Assembly: GCA_963823665.1 (NCBI GenBank)
Contig: CAWGMQ010000010.1
Span: 2,240,001 to 2,304,000 of the forward strand
Length of the DNA stretch: 64,000 bases
Source of the DNA: an uncultured Planctomycetota bacterium
GTDB taxonomy: Bacteria > Planctomycetota > Planctomycetia > Isosphaerales > Isosphaeraceae
Direction: 5' to 3'
Part shown: positions 44,337 through 55,196 of the stretch, piece after piece
Numbering within the stretch: the stretch's first letter is position 1
Layout of the letters: every line of letters begins with the position of its first letter
Made by a program: the position numbers and the translations under genes
Notes under the pieces: generated by a model
The model's input: the letters and a program-made list of their open reading frames with translations, nothing else
What the model was told of the DNA's origin: nothing
Database searches by the model: none

Positions 44337-45347
44337 ATGTCTGTTTCCATCACCTGCGAATGCGGCCGGTATCTGGAGGCGCCCGAATCCATCGCCGGCA
44401 CTCGCGTGCGCTGCCCCGATTGCGGGCGCGAGCTGATGGTACCCGAGCCAGTCGCCGGCGGAGAAGAGCTCGCCGATTCGTGGGAAGTGGCCAGGCCACG
44501 CACCAGCGGCAAGGCGATCTACAGCCTCTTTCTGGGCTGTCTGTTCTTTCTTGTGTGTTTCGCAGGCATGCTAGCGATCCACTTCGGCATCGAAGCGCTT
44601 CGTGAGATCAAACGGAGCAAGGGAGGGCTCCGCGGCCGGCGGATGGCTCTCGCCGGGATCGCTCTCGGCGTTATCGATTGCCTGCTCCTGATCGCGCTAT
44701 TCGTCCCTCCGCACCGCTCGGCTCGCGAGGCAGCCCGCCGCGCGCAGTGCGTGAACAATCTCAAGCAGCTTGGCCTGGCCCTGCAGGTCTACCATCAAGC
44801 GACCGGTAGTTTGCCCGCAGCGGCGATCACAGGCAAAGACGGCAAGCCGCTGCTCTCCTGGCGAGTCGCGTTACTACCGTTTATCGACACCGGCAGCCCC
44901 TACTGGAAGTTCCATCTCGACGAGCCTTGGGACAGCCCGCACAATATTGGGGTCGTCGAACTGATGCCGGCAATTTACCACTGCCCGAGCGACACCACTG
45001 GAAAATGGGGAATGACAGGCTACATGGCCGTCATCGGCGCCGGCACGGTCTTCCGTCCGGACTACCAGTCGGTGCATTTTCAGGACATTTCCGACGGCAC
45101 CGAGCAAACGATTCTCTTCGTCGAGTCGCCCCGGACCGTGCCGTGGACCAAGCCGGAGGACATCCCAATTGAAATGGTTCTCGCGCCAGATGGCCTCGGA
45201 AGCCATCACGGCTATCAGAACGACGGCTTCAATGCACTCTTTGCGAGCGGTACCGTCCGTTTCTTGAAGAGATCGATCACGCCCGGCACGTTGAGCGCGC
45301 TCTTTAGCCGCAACGGGGGCGAGGACGTCTCATCGGACAGTTATTGA
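44337..45347 (+). CDS. DUF1559 protein with N-terminal Zn-ribbon and DUF4190-like TM region
   Basis: CECG..CPDCG, AREAARRAQCVNNLKQLGLAL, LSWRVALLP, ISDGTEQT and PWTKPED. Confidence 0.9.
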   Translation: MSVSITCECGRYLEAPESIAGTRVRCPDCGRELMVPEPVAGGEELADSWEVARPRTSGKAIYSLFLGCLFFLVCFAGMLAIHFGIEALREIKRSKGGLRGRRMALAGIALGVIDCLLLIALFVPPHRSAREAARRAQCVNNLKQLGLALQVYHQATGSLPAAAITGKDGKPLLSWRVALLPFIDTGSPYWKFHLDEPWDSPHNIGVVELMPAIYHCPSDTTGKWGMTGYMAVIGAGTVFRPDYQSVHFQDISDGTEQTILFVESPRTVPWTKPEDIPIEMVLAPDGLGSHHGYQNDGFNALFASGTVRFLKRSITPGTLSALFSRNGGEDVSSDSY

Positions 45348-45371
45348 GATCGCGCGTGGCTCCCGCTCACC

Positions 45372-45397
45372 TTTCCCCCCTTTGCAAGGGGGGGAAA
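45372..45397. terminator. GC hairpin between convergent genes (terminator or REP-like)
   Basis: TTTCCCCCCTTTGCAAGGGGGGGAAA. Confidence 0.55.
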
Positions 45398-45442
45398 CGG
45401 ATCGCGCGTTCGCACTCTCATCTGTCAGATCTCACTCTTCGA

Positions 45443-47809
45443 TCATTTTGTCGCTTCTTCCCACCTCAATACGCTCAACGACAGCGCCGGAAACCGGAAC
45501 GAGAAACGCGGCGACTTGGGCGAGATCACCTCGGTCTGGCGGGCGATGATTCTCTCGGGCTCGGCGAAATTGTTCGTGGCGTCGGGCTCACCCGCGCTCT
45601 TTTGATCTGACAGCGTCCACACGACAACGCGGTCTGCCTGGCCGGCTTCATCCGTGAAGGACGAGAAATCGAGTGGGCGAGTGATCGGTTCGAGCGCATC
45701 ATTGACCGCGAAGAGGATCACCGCGTCTCCGCTGGGCGCGAGTGTCGCGCTCAGATCGGGGCCGACTGAAGTGGGCAGCGGCGATTCGATCTTGAGCGGC
45801 CGATCGCCGGCAAGCGTGGCGTAAAGCTGCTGAGCATAATAAGTCGGAGTCTTATAGAGCCGGTGGTTGTCGGTCTGGATGCAGCCCGAGCAGAAGCTGT
45901 TCACGAGGTTGGACCGGCAAGCGATCTGCACCAGGTCGCAATGCCGGTGAATCAAGTTGTGGTATCGCGAGCAGGCCAGTGCATTGGCCAGGTTCCAGAG
46001 CTGCCCCCTCCCCGGACCCCAATCGCCGCCCGTCGTGTTCCACTCGGTGACCGCGACGCCGATCGCCCGGCCGCCGGCATGCTCGCCAATCATCTTCCGC
46101 ACGGAAATGAGGCTGTCTTCCTCGGCGCGAAGATTGGCGCATTCGTAATGATGGGGTGAAACGTAGTTGAGCCACTTCCCCGCGCGCTGGAGCACGGTGG
46201 GCGTGGGATAGCTCGACATCAGCTCGATCGAGCCGTCCACGCGTCTTCATCGCTTCACAGAAGGCCGCCAGCCGAGCTTCGTAATCCGCACCGCTGCGCT
46301 CGTTGCCGACTTGCCAGAACTTCACGCGATGTGGTTCGGGGTGTCCGTTCTTCGCCCGGAGCGCGCCCATCGGCGTGTCGACCGCGCCATTCGAGATACT
46401 GCACAAGCGCGGCGGCATCATCGGGGTCGCGGCGGCTGAATCGCACGCAGATCAAGGGCTCGGCGTCGACCATCCGGCAGAACTGCACGAACTCTTCAAG
46501 CCCCGGCCCAGTGGGCTGAAGACCTCCCCATGCGCGGAAGGGACGGCGGTGGTCCGGATCGCCGATCGTGTCGCGCCATTCGAATTCACCCAGATTGGGA
46601 TCGTCGAGGGTGCTGCCGCCGAAGCGGATGATTCCCGGGCGCATCGCCTTCACCGCCGCGACAACGTCGGCCCGCCAGCCCCCTTTCGCGTCGACAGGCA
46701 TGAGTGAAGCGTTCTCGACCCAGAGCGTCCCGGGCCCGCTGAAATTCGATTGTCAGCGTGGCGTTCGTGTCGGTTCCCGAGGGAACGAGCGGCACTCGCC
46801 GCTTGGTCCAGTCCGGCGTCGTGTCGAGCTCCGCGGAGGCGTAAACCGTCGCATCGCGATGGAGCCGCACGCGGACCTTTCCGCTCAATCCACTTTGCTT
46901 GAGCAAGCAGGCAAAGTCACAGCCCACGCCGGCTTGTACGGCAATTCCATCCTGGGCGATCGCAACGGTGCACGGCGTTTGACCGACTGTCTCGATCTTG
47001 TAGGACTGTTCGCCGCTGACCTTGGTCGACTTGTCTCGCACGAAGCGTGCGCGATTGGTGGCCCCGCTCGGGTACCACGGCCGTTCGTGGAAGTCGGTCT
47101 CCTTCAGATAAGCGACCTTGTAAGGGCTGAGCCCCTCGAAGCTGCCGTCAAAGAGCTTCTCGGCCCACATGGCCGGCACCATCGTGCAGAGGTACTCGAT
47201 GAACTGGCCGTACTGATTAGGGTTGATGCGGCCGGGACGAAGGAACTCCCGTGTGATCTTGACCGGCGAATTGCCCGGATCGATTCTCTCGATCGCCATC
47301 CCGTCGAACCATGCCGTCCCGCGCCCTTTTCCATACCCGGCCAGGAACGGTGCGATCCGCACTTTGCCATCGGCGGGTGCAACGAATGCGAGGTCCACAC
47401 GAGTCCAGGGCGTGTCTCCCTCGTGGCTTTCGCCGCCGGCGATGGCGCTGCGGTCAGCCGAACGTTGGACTTGAAAAGTGCCCGAGACCTGGGCGTCAAG
47501 GCGCTCGAGGCCCTGCGTCTTGACCCATCCTGTGAATCGATAGCAGCACGACGGCTCGAGAGTGATGTCCTGGCCCAAGGCCGTGTCCGACGCCTCTTTC
47601 GCGTAGACACGAAGAGATTGACGGCCCTCGTGCGCGACGCCGCCGTCGAGCGCGACCGTGCTCGCAGGCCCATAGGTAATCAGTTGCCAGCCATCGAGCG
47701 CGCCGCCGGACTCAAATCCGGCGTTCTTCAATAGGACGGCGCGACTGCCGGGGCCGTCGCTTGAAGCGAGTCCCAGGAACGCCGCGATGATCGGAATGAA
47801 AAGGTTCAT
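45443..47809 (-). CDS. GH51 alpha-L-arabinofuranosidase-like protein with N-terminal CBM-like domain (about 3 frameshifts)
   Basis: Signal peptide, NAGFE, YGQFIEYL, WRADVV..RFGG, WQVGNE, VTEWN and TPTYY. Confidence 0.85.
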
Positions 47810-47958
47810 CAGTGCCCCGGTTTGCGTTTGTGTATTCTTCTTGCCGCTGACCACGGCCTCACCCGCTCGCAACGCCCCTCTTTTCATTATGGTCCGTGCG
47901 CTACAGAATGAACCATGAGCAGGAGGACGGGTCAAGTCCCTGAGGTGTCAGACCAAAA

Positions 47959-48984
47959 ATGCCCGATCTCATTGTCCCGGCCACGGTGATCGGAAGCTGG
48001 TCGTTCCCCGGCTGGTTCGAGAAATTCGCCGCCGATGTGAAAGAACATCCCGAGACGTTCGGCCCGGCCGATCGTGATGAGGCCGTGCGCGACGCCGTAC
48101 GTCTGGCCATCGACGACCAGCTTCGCGCGGGCCTCGACCGGATCACCGACGGCGAGATGCAGCGGGTCGATTTCAACCTGGGGTTTTACCAGCACCTCCA
48201 CGGCATCGAGCCGGTTCCTCGCGCCCGCCGCTGGGGTGCCCCCGCCCACGATCAACGCGACCGCTACAAGGCGATTGGCACGCTCAGAGCACCGAAGGGC
48301 CTGGGCACGGTCGAGGAGTATCGCCGCCTTCGCGAATTCACCACGGCCCCGGTCAAGATGCCCGTCCCCGGGCCATTCACACTCTCGGGCTGCATCGATT
48401 GTGGTACAGTCTATGATGGCCGAAACGCAGTCACCCGGGCGCTTGCGCCGATCGTCAACGCCGAGCTGAAAGCACTGGTGGCCGCGGGGGTTGATTTCAT
48501 CCAGCTCGACGAACCCAGCTTCGCCTGCCATCCGGGCGAGCCCGAATTCTTCCTGGAAACGTTGGCCAAGACCGTCGACGGAGTGAGCGCATACATCAGC
48601 ATGCATCTCTGTTTTGGCAACTACCGCGCCCGGGCCGTCGGGCATCGTTCGTACGCGCCGCTCATGCCGCATCTGGCCAGCGCACGCGTCAATCAGCTCG
48701 CACTCGAGTTCGCCAGCCGGGAAATGGCCGAGGTCGAGCTGCTCGAGACGCTGCCCGAAACGATGGACGTCGCCGTGGGCTTGGTCGACGTCAAGAACAC
48801 GTGGATCGAGCCTCCCGAGCTGATCGCCGAGCGCATCTGGAAGGTGTTTCGCCACGTCCACGCGCGCCGGGTTTCGATCACGCCCGATTGCGGCTTCTCG
48901 CAGACCGCGCGGTTCGTGGCGATTGCCAAGGCCAGAGCCCTGGTCGAGGGGGCCAGGCTGGTGCGGAAAAAGTTCAATGAATGA
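47959..48984 (+). CDS. Cobalamin-independent methionine synthase II family (single-barrel MetE-like)
   Basis: TVIGSW, TDGEMQR, PGPFT, QLDEP; Zn ligands in HLC, E and PDCG. Confidence 0.9.
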   Translation: MPDLIVPATVIGSWSFPGWFEKFAADVKEHPETFGPADRDEAVRDAVRLAIDDQLRAGLDRITDGEMQRVDFNLGFYQHLHGIEPVPRARRWGAPAHDQRDRYKAIGTLRAPKGLGTVEEYRRLREFTTAPVKMPVPGPFTLSGCIDCGTVYDGRNAVTRALAPIVNAELKALVAAGVDFIQLDEPSFACHPGEPEFFLETLAKTVDGVSAYISMHLCFGNYRARAVGHRSYAPLMPHLASARVNQLALEFASREMAEVELLETLPETMDVAVGLVDVKNTWIEPPELIAERIWKVFRHVHARRVSITPDCGFSQTARFVAIAKARALVEGARLVRKKFNE

Positions 48985-49051
48985 TCGAGTGAGGTCGCCG
49001 GGACGACTCGGTTCGGGCTGGCTCCGGCGGCGAGCGCTGGGAGAATAACGG

Positions 49052-50591
49052 ATGAGCATCACGCTGGGCATCGACGTCGGAACTTCCGCAACCAAGACGC
49101 TGGCAATCGACGAAACCGGGGCGATCCTGGCGTCGGCCTCCGCCGAGTATCCGTGTGATCATCCCCGCCCGGGGTGGTCCGAGCAGCATCCGGATCTGTG
49201 GTGGGAGGCGACGAAGAAGACGATCGGCCGGATCCTGGGCTCCGGCCGAGTGCCCGCAAAAAGCATCGCCGGAATCGGCTTGAGCGGCCAGATGCACGGT
49301 TCGGTTTGTCTTGATGGAACCGGAGCGGTCATCCGTCCCGCGCTGCTCTGGAACGATCAGCGCACCGCGGCGGAATGCTCGGAAATCGAAGCGAAGGCCG
49401 GCGGCCGCGAGGCCTTGATCCGCATGGTCGCCAACCCTGCACTCACCGGATTCACTGCACCCAAGCTTCTGTGGGTGCGCGAATCACGAGCCGAAGAACT
49501 GGGAGCGGGTGCGGCAGGTCCTCCTTCCCAAGGACTACGTGCGTTTTCGGCTCACGGGCACGTACGCGACCGAGGTCAGCGACGCTTCGGGAACACTGTT
49601 GCTCGACGTGGCCAACCGCCGCTGGAGCGGCGAGCTACTTTCCAGGCTCGGGATCGAACAAGCGATCTTGCCCGCTTGCTACGAAAGCCCCGAGGTGTCC
49701 GGGAAAGTGAGCGAGCTGGGCGCAAGAGCCACTGGACTTCCCGTCGGCGTCCCGGTGGTCGGAGGCGGCGGCGACCAGCCCGCAGGCGCGGTCGGCAACG
49801 GCATCGTGCGTCAGGGCGTGGTCTCGGCGACGATGGGAACTTCCGGAGTGGTCTTTGCCCACGCTGACTCGCTCGGGTTCGACCCGCTCGGCCGCCTGCA
49901 GCGCGGCTGCCATGCCGTGCCCGGAGCGTGGCACGTGATGGGCGTGGTGCTCTCGGCCGGCGGCAGCCTGCAATGGTTCCGCAACGAGCTCGGTAAGGCC
50001 GAAATGGCCGTCGCCAAGCAGAAGGGCGAAGACCCCTACTTCATCCTGACCGACGAGGCCGCGCTCGCCGGTCCCGGCGCCGAGGGGCTCTTCTTCCTGC
50101 CGTATCTGACCGGCGAGCGAACTCCCCATTTCGACCCCGACGCCAAAGGCGCGTGGATCGGCCTGACCGTCCGACACGGCCGGGCGCACATGATCCGCAG
50201 CGTGCTGGAAGGGGCCACGTTCGCCATGCGAGACAGCCTCGAGCTGATCCGCGAAATGGGCGTTGCCATCGAACAGGTGCGAGTCTCCGGCGGCGGCGCC
50301 AGGAACGCTCTCTGGAGGCAAATCCAGGCTGATATTTACGGCTGCGACGTCCACACGCTCAACTCAACCGAGGGACCGGCCTTCGGCGTGGCGCTCCTGG
50401 CCCAGGTTGGAACCGGCGCGTTCAAGTCGGTGCCGGAAGCATGCGACGCGACCATCCGGTCCGTCGACTCGACCGCGGTCGACCCGCGCGCGATGGCTTT
50501 TTACAACCGAGCCTATGCCGTTTACCGGCGGCTTTACCTCGATCTCCGCCAGTCGTTCAAGACGATCAGCGGGCTCGTTTCGGAAGGGTGA
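49052..50591 (+). CDS. xylB: Xylulokinase (frameshift ~49484)
   Basis: GIDVGTS, GLSGQMHG, WNDQRT, GGGDQ, PYLTGERTPH and SGGGAR. Confidence 0.9.
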
Positions 50592-52840
50592 GGACGCAGC
50601 GCGGAGGGGGTGAACGTTTGGGTCGGAAACGGGGGCGGGCGGCGACGGCGACCTTGAAGACCGCGGGCGCGGTTCGGCAGACGGCGCCGGCGGCTTTGCC
50701 GAAGCCGGCTGCGTCCGGTGACGGCGGCTCACCCGTAACGAGCCCGGGTCGCGCACGCATTCGATCCCACGTCTGGATTGGCTTGGCAGTAGCGGGGCTG
50801 CTCTTGCTTCATTACGCCGTGGCCGCCCGGAGCCTGCTCGAGGAAAACCCGACGATCGACGAGGTCGTGCACCTGCCCGCCGGAGTGACGTACTGGCAAC
50901 GCGGCACCTTTCGCCTGTACCACCATAATCCGCCGCTGGTGAAATTGGTGGCGGCCCTTCCGGTCGTCTGGTCAGGAGTGGTCACGGCGCCGCTGTATGA
51001 ATCCGGCAGTTGGAAGTCGGCAGTCCCCAGTCAAGCGGCGTTTGGCCACCTTTTCGCAGCCCTCAACGCCGAGCGGTTCTTTGAGTTGTTTCAGCTTGCA
51101 AGGCTCATGATGCCTCTTTTTTCCGTGCTGGGGGGGCTGGTCGTGTTTGAATGGTCGCGCCGGCTATACGGCATATGGGGAGGGTTCTTGAGTCTCGCGC
51201 TCTGGGTCTTTTGCCCGAACGTCCTTGCGCACGGGCGATTGATCACGACCGACATGGGGTCGACGTCACTTGGAGTCGCGGCGACGTTTGTCTTCTGGCT
51301 GTATCTTCAGAAACCAAGCTGGCGCCGGGCCGTCGCCGCGGGCGTTCTGCTGGGATTGGCGGAGCTCACCAAGTTCAGCATGCTGCTGCTCTACGCTGTC
51401 TGGCCGATTCTGTGGCTCTGCCAGGTCATCGTGGTGTGGCCCCGGACGGAACGGCTCGCCCGCGCTCGGCGTGGCCTGGTCCACGGCGCTGTGATCGTCA
51501 CGATCTCGTTCTTGACGATCGATGCCGGCTATCTATTCGAGGGAGTTGGGAAGCCGCTCGGCCGGTTTGAATTCGGTTCCCGAACTCTGACGACATGGGT
51601 CAGGCCCGGGATGAAGCGCCCGCACAGCCCCAACCCGCTCCTGGACGTGGTCTGGCAGTTCCGCGTCAACCGATTCCGGGGAACGTGGCTTGCCGGCATT
51701 CCCTGCCCCTTACCCGAGCACTATGTGCTCGGATTCGACGAACAGAAGATCGAGACCGAGGGCGTGCCGCGGCAATGGGATGAGGCGGATTTCGCAGACA
51801 AGAGCGCGAGAGAGCGAGCGAAGCCCGGCGCCACTGACATCGAGGCAAAGGCCGATGCCGTCGCCCGGCTATTGAGCGCACCGGAGATTCCCGTCCAAGG
51901 CATCGAAGGCTACCCCGTCTACTTGAACGGCGACATTCGCCGAACCGGGTGGTGGTATTATTTTCCGCTCACGCTTGTCTTCAAGATCCCGGAGGGGACC
52001 TGGATCTTGATTCTGCTGTCTCTTGCCGCCGGCGTGGCGACCATTCGATCGCGCGCGTCAGTTGCGCAGGAGCTTGTGCTGTGCACAGTGCCGGTCGTCG
52101 TCCTGTTCTCGATGAGTTTCCTGACTGATATTAACATCGGCTTGCGCTACGTGCTTCCAATTTTTCCTTATATGTTTATTTTTATAGGAAAGGTGGCTCC
52201 GTGGATACTCGCGATGGCAGGGCTCAAGAAGCAAATGATGGGCTCGCTCGCGGCCGGTTCGCTCGCGCTTGTGATTGCGGCGACAGCGCTCGTTCACCCC
52301 CACTACCTCGCCTATTTCAACTGGGCCTCGGGCGGGCCTGATCGAGTGCCGCCGCATCTGATCGACAGCAATCTCGACTGGGGGCAAGATCTCGTCGGGC
52401 TAGAGCGATGGTGCAAGGAGAAGATTCCCGGTGAGCCGATCGGTCTGGCCTATTTCGGTCAGATCAACCCGTCCATCTTTGCGATGCGCGGAGAGTCGTT
52501 CCCGTGGTTTCTGGCACCAGTACGGCCAGGAAGCACGCAACGGATGCCAATGGATTCGAAGCTCGCTGCTGAACTGATCGGCCCGGCGCGACAGCTCGAG
52601 CCCGGGTACTACGCTGTGAGCGTCAGTTCGCTTTACGGGCTCCCTTGGCGATTCTATGATCCGGCGCCCGTGGCGCTTCTGCCGGCATGGAATGCGTCGA
52701 AACCCGGCGCTTTCAGCTATTTTCGCGAGCTGACGCCAATCAAAATAATCGGCCACTCGATCAACATCTATCGGCTGAGTGCAGACGACGCCGTCCGTCT
52801 GAATTCGGACCTCGGGGTGGGAGGCAAGAGGCCGGGCTGA
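50588..52840 (+). CDS. GT39/ArnT-like membrane glycosyltransferase
   Basis: PTIDEVVHL..HNPPLVK, LAHGRLITTD, IGLRY, YLAYFN and DSNLDWGQ. Start uncertain (a GTG overlaps the xylB stop). Confidence 0.85.
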   Translation: MRTQRGGGERLGRKRGRAATATLKTAGAVRQTAPAALPKPAASGDGGSPVTSPGRARIRSHVWIGLAVAGLLLLHYAVAARSLLEENPTIDEVVHLPAGVTYWQRGTFRLYHHNPPLVKLVAALPVVWSGVVTAPLYESGSWKSAVPSQAAFGHLFAALNAERFFELFQLARLMMPLFSVLGGLVVFEWSRRLYGIWGGFLSLALWVFCPNVLAHGRLITTDMGSTSLGVAATFVFWLYLQKPSWRRAVAAGVLLGLAELTKFSMLLLYAVWPILWLCQVIVVWPRTERLARARRGLVHGAVIVTISFLTIDAGYLFEGVGKPLGRFEFGSRTLTTWVRPGMKRPHSPNPLLDVVWQFRVNRFRGTWLAGIPCPLPEHYVLGFDEQKIETEGVPRQWDEADFADKSARERAKPGATDIEAKADAVARLLSAPEIPVQGIEGYPVYLNGDIRRTGWWYYFPLTLVFKIPEGTWILILLSLAAGVATIRSRASVAQELVLCTVPVVVLFSMSFLTDINIGLRYVLPIFPYMFIFIGKVAPWILAMAGLKKQMMGSLAAGSLALVIAATALVHPHYLAYFNWASGGPDRVPPHLIDSNLDWGQDLVGLERWCKEKIPGEPIGLAYFGQINPSIFAMRGESFPWFLAPVRPGSTQRMPMDSKLAAELIGPARQLEPGYYAVSVSSLYGLPWRFYDPAPVALLPAWNASKPGAFSYFRELTPIKIIGHSINIYRLSADDAVRLNSDLGVGGKRPG

Positions 52841-52859
52841 AGCCAAAACGAGCGTCGTC

Positions 52860-53761
52860 TCAATCGCTCGGCTTCCGGCAGACGTACACCTGCGCCAGAT
52901 CATCCTCGCTGACCGGACCGAAGTGGACTTCGGTCTGGAACCCTGCTTGTGAGAGCACCTCCGGCAGGTCAGTCCCCAACTCGGTGGAGACGGGATAGCC
53001 CCAGTCGCCGCCGGGATGACAGATGCGCGGCAGTAGATCGCAGATCGACCCGTCGGGCCTCACCGTCGAGCGAGCAATCGTCTGCTTCGTGCCCGGAAGG
53101 ACAGGCACCGTGAAGACATGTCGCCCTCCCGGCGCCAGCACGCGGTGAATTTCGCGGAGGGCCGCGTGCAGGTCGGGCACATGCTCGAGGGTCTCCGAGG
53201 TCAAGATCAGGTCGAACGAATTTTCGCGGTAGGTCAATCGAGTGAGATCCTCTGATCGTGCCCCACCCGGAGCAACACTGGGGTGATCGGCCTCGCCGCT
53301 AAAATCCGACCCCGCATAAAACGGCAGTGTCCGAACGAACGAGTGCACACCGTCAATCCTGTTAATCTCAGCCACGCGAAGCTCGCGGGTCTCGGGCAAG
53401 AGGACCCAGCGCGCAGACACGGGGCAGGGGGGGCCGCGCCCGGGTCGAGCGACAGCAAGACCTGAGCGAGCCGCCGGCCCCGCAGCTTGGCGCCGCAGTG
53501 CGCGCAATCGCCAGATTCCTTGCGAGCCAGGGCTTCCGCCAGGCGAGGCGAGAGGCCCCAGAGTTCTGCAAGTCTGGGCGTGACCACCCGGCGCCGGTAA
53601 ATGAAGATCGCATTTCGCCCGCAGACGATACACCGTCCGAACCGGCCGGATGCAACCGCACCCAGGTAATCGTAAGCGATCCACGCGCCGTGATGGACGG
53701 CGTTCCAGATCGGAACCACGAAGGGCTTCAGGCCGGTTTTGAGCCGAGCGCGGAGTGACAT
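52860..53761 (-). CDS. Class I SAM-dependent methyltransferase-like protein (frameshifted)
   Basis: N-terminal CxxCG..CAHCGAKLR; EDLTRLTYRENSFDLILTSETLEHVPD..RVLAPGG. Confidence 0.8.
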
Positions 53762-53895
53762 GGAGGGTTGAGCGGGGTCATCCGTCAGCGTTCGATGAGA
53801 CAGCCACGACTACACAGAGTATAATGGATGCAACAGAAGCGGTCTGTGGAGTGGGCCGTTCTTGTTGCTGGCTGTCTTGAAGCGGAGGGCGAAGC

Positions 53896-54267
53896 ATGGC
53901 AAAGGTCGACACGAGAGCCGCTGCTCCGTCTGGTGAAGACCGCGCAACGATGCACAACTTGTATCGAGAGGGGGGCCTCGATCGCCAAATGGCTCCTCAC
54001 ATTGTCTACGCGGAAGCCACTTGCCCTCATCCCGGCTGTTCACAGCCCATGCAAGCCCTTGACTTCCGACTCGAGGATCACGGACGGGCGATCCACGATC
54101 CGCTCGTTCGTGCCTGGTGGAACGATACGGGATTCGTCGGCCGATGCCCGCAGTGCCACGGGTGGATTCACTTCACCATCCGAACGAAGGCGGCCATCAC
54201 GGACGAGGAAGCGGCCCGCTATCCCCGCCTGCCGGACGACTGGCACGTCAATGCGACGATCCTTTGA
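53896..54267 (+). CDS. Hypothetical protein with putative Zn-binding Cys motifs
   Basis: GGAGG RBS, TATAAT at 53820, CPHPGC and CPQC motifs. Confidence 0.7.
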   Translation: MAKVDTRAAAPSGEDRATMHNLYREGGLDRQMAPHIVYAEATCPHPGCSQPMQALDFRLEDHGRAIHDPLVRAWWNDTGFVGRCPQCHGWIHFTIRTKAAITDEEAARYPRLPDDWHVNATIL

Positions 54268-54304
54268 GGCGGCCGGAATGCGCGGGGCTCGTTTTGAACA
54301 CTGC

Positions 54305-54975
54305 ATGGCCAGGTCGGATTGCGCTGGCGGCAGCCGAGCCTCGAAGTTCGTGACCGCCTTTCCGTGCCTGTTGAACAGGGCAGTTTCAATCTGCACCGCC
54401 AGGACCGCGCGACTCCAACCATGTTCGACCGTCTTCGCGGCATACCAAAGCCGCTGGGCTCGGTCCTTCACTTTCTGAATCAAGATCACATTATGCCCCC
54501 ACGGAAGACCGACAACTTCGGCGGGAGGCTTTTCACTCTCTAATTGTCGCACAGCCTGTGCGACTTTTGGCAAGCCCTTGGTTTGTCGCACAGCCTGTGC
54601 GACTTTTCGATCGTCTTCCAATTGTCGCACAGCTTGTGCGACTTTTTCCGCCAGCCTATACGCCAGGTAAAATGCCCGCATCCGGAAGACGTTGCTCCGG
54701 GAGAAACCGGTGACGCCCGGGAACGCCTTTCTTAAGTCGTCCGCGAGGCGTTCCAGAACGTTTTGCCCCCAACCTGCTTGCTCTTGCCGCTCACAGATCA
54801 AGCGCCCGATGTCCCAGTAAAGTTGAATCACCTCTCGGTTGGCCGCGAGGATTGCCTTCGTCTGCGCTCGCTGAATGCGATTCTTGAGCGAGTCCAGAAA
54901 CGCAGCGTAGCCGGCGGGCCGGCCGGCGGTCGCTCGTTTGATCCTCGTCGTCGTCGTCTTCTTCTTTCGGGCCAT
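54305..54975 (-). pseudogene. YhcG/DUF1016 N-terminal fragment; C-terminal PD-(D/E)XK nuclease missing
   Basis: LYWDIG..WG..L..GFSRSNVFRMRAFY, LPWGHN, WY..GWSRAVL..QI and TNFEARLPPAQSDLA, after which similarity stops. Confidence 0.85.
54544..54646. repeat. Three 39-bp-period in-frame repeats with a palindromic core
   Basis: GTCGCACAG-C-(C/T)TGTGCGAC at 54546, 54585 and 54624; encodes KVAQAVRQ three times. Confidence 0.95.
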
Positions 54976-55196
54976 CAGCCTGACTCCACCGGAATCGTCG
55001 TAATGTAGGCGAAAAAAAAACGCTCTCGACGATGGTGTCGTCTTTCGGCGCGCTCCGACGCGCACGCTGTTACGCGACAACACGATCCCGGTCGCCTTGA
55101 CCCCACGCCCTTCTTCGATTACGATGGGTGCATGTGTTCGGCGCAAGCTGTACGCGCGCAATTGTTTGTTGCATCACGACTTCAGGACGCAAATCA

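Noticed and set aside
54544..54646. CRISPR array interpretation of the palindromic repeats
   Set aside because: Only three units, spacers of 20 nt or less that are partly similar, in frame within a gene, and no cas genes.
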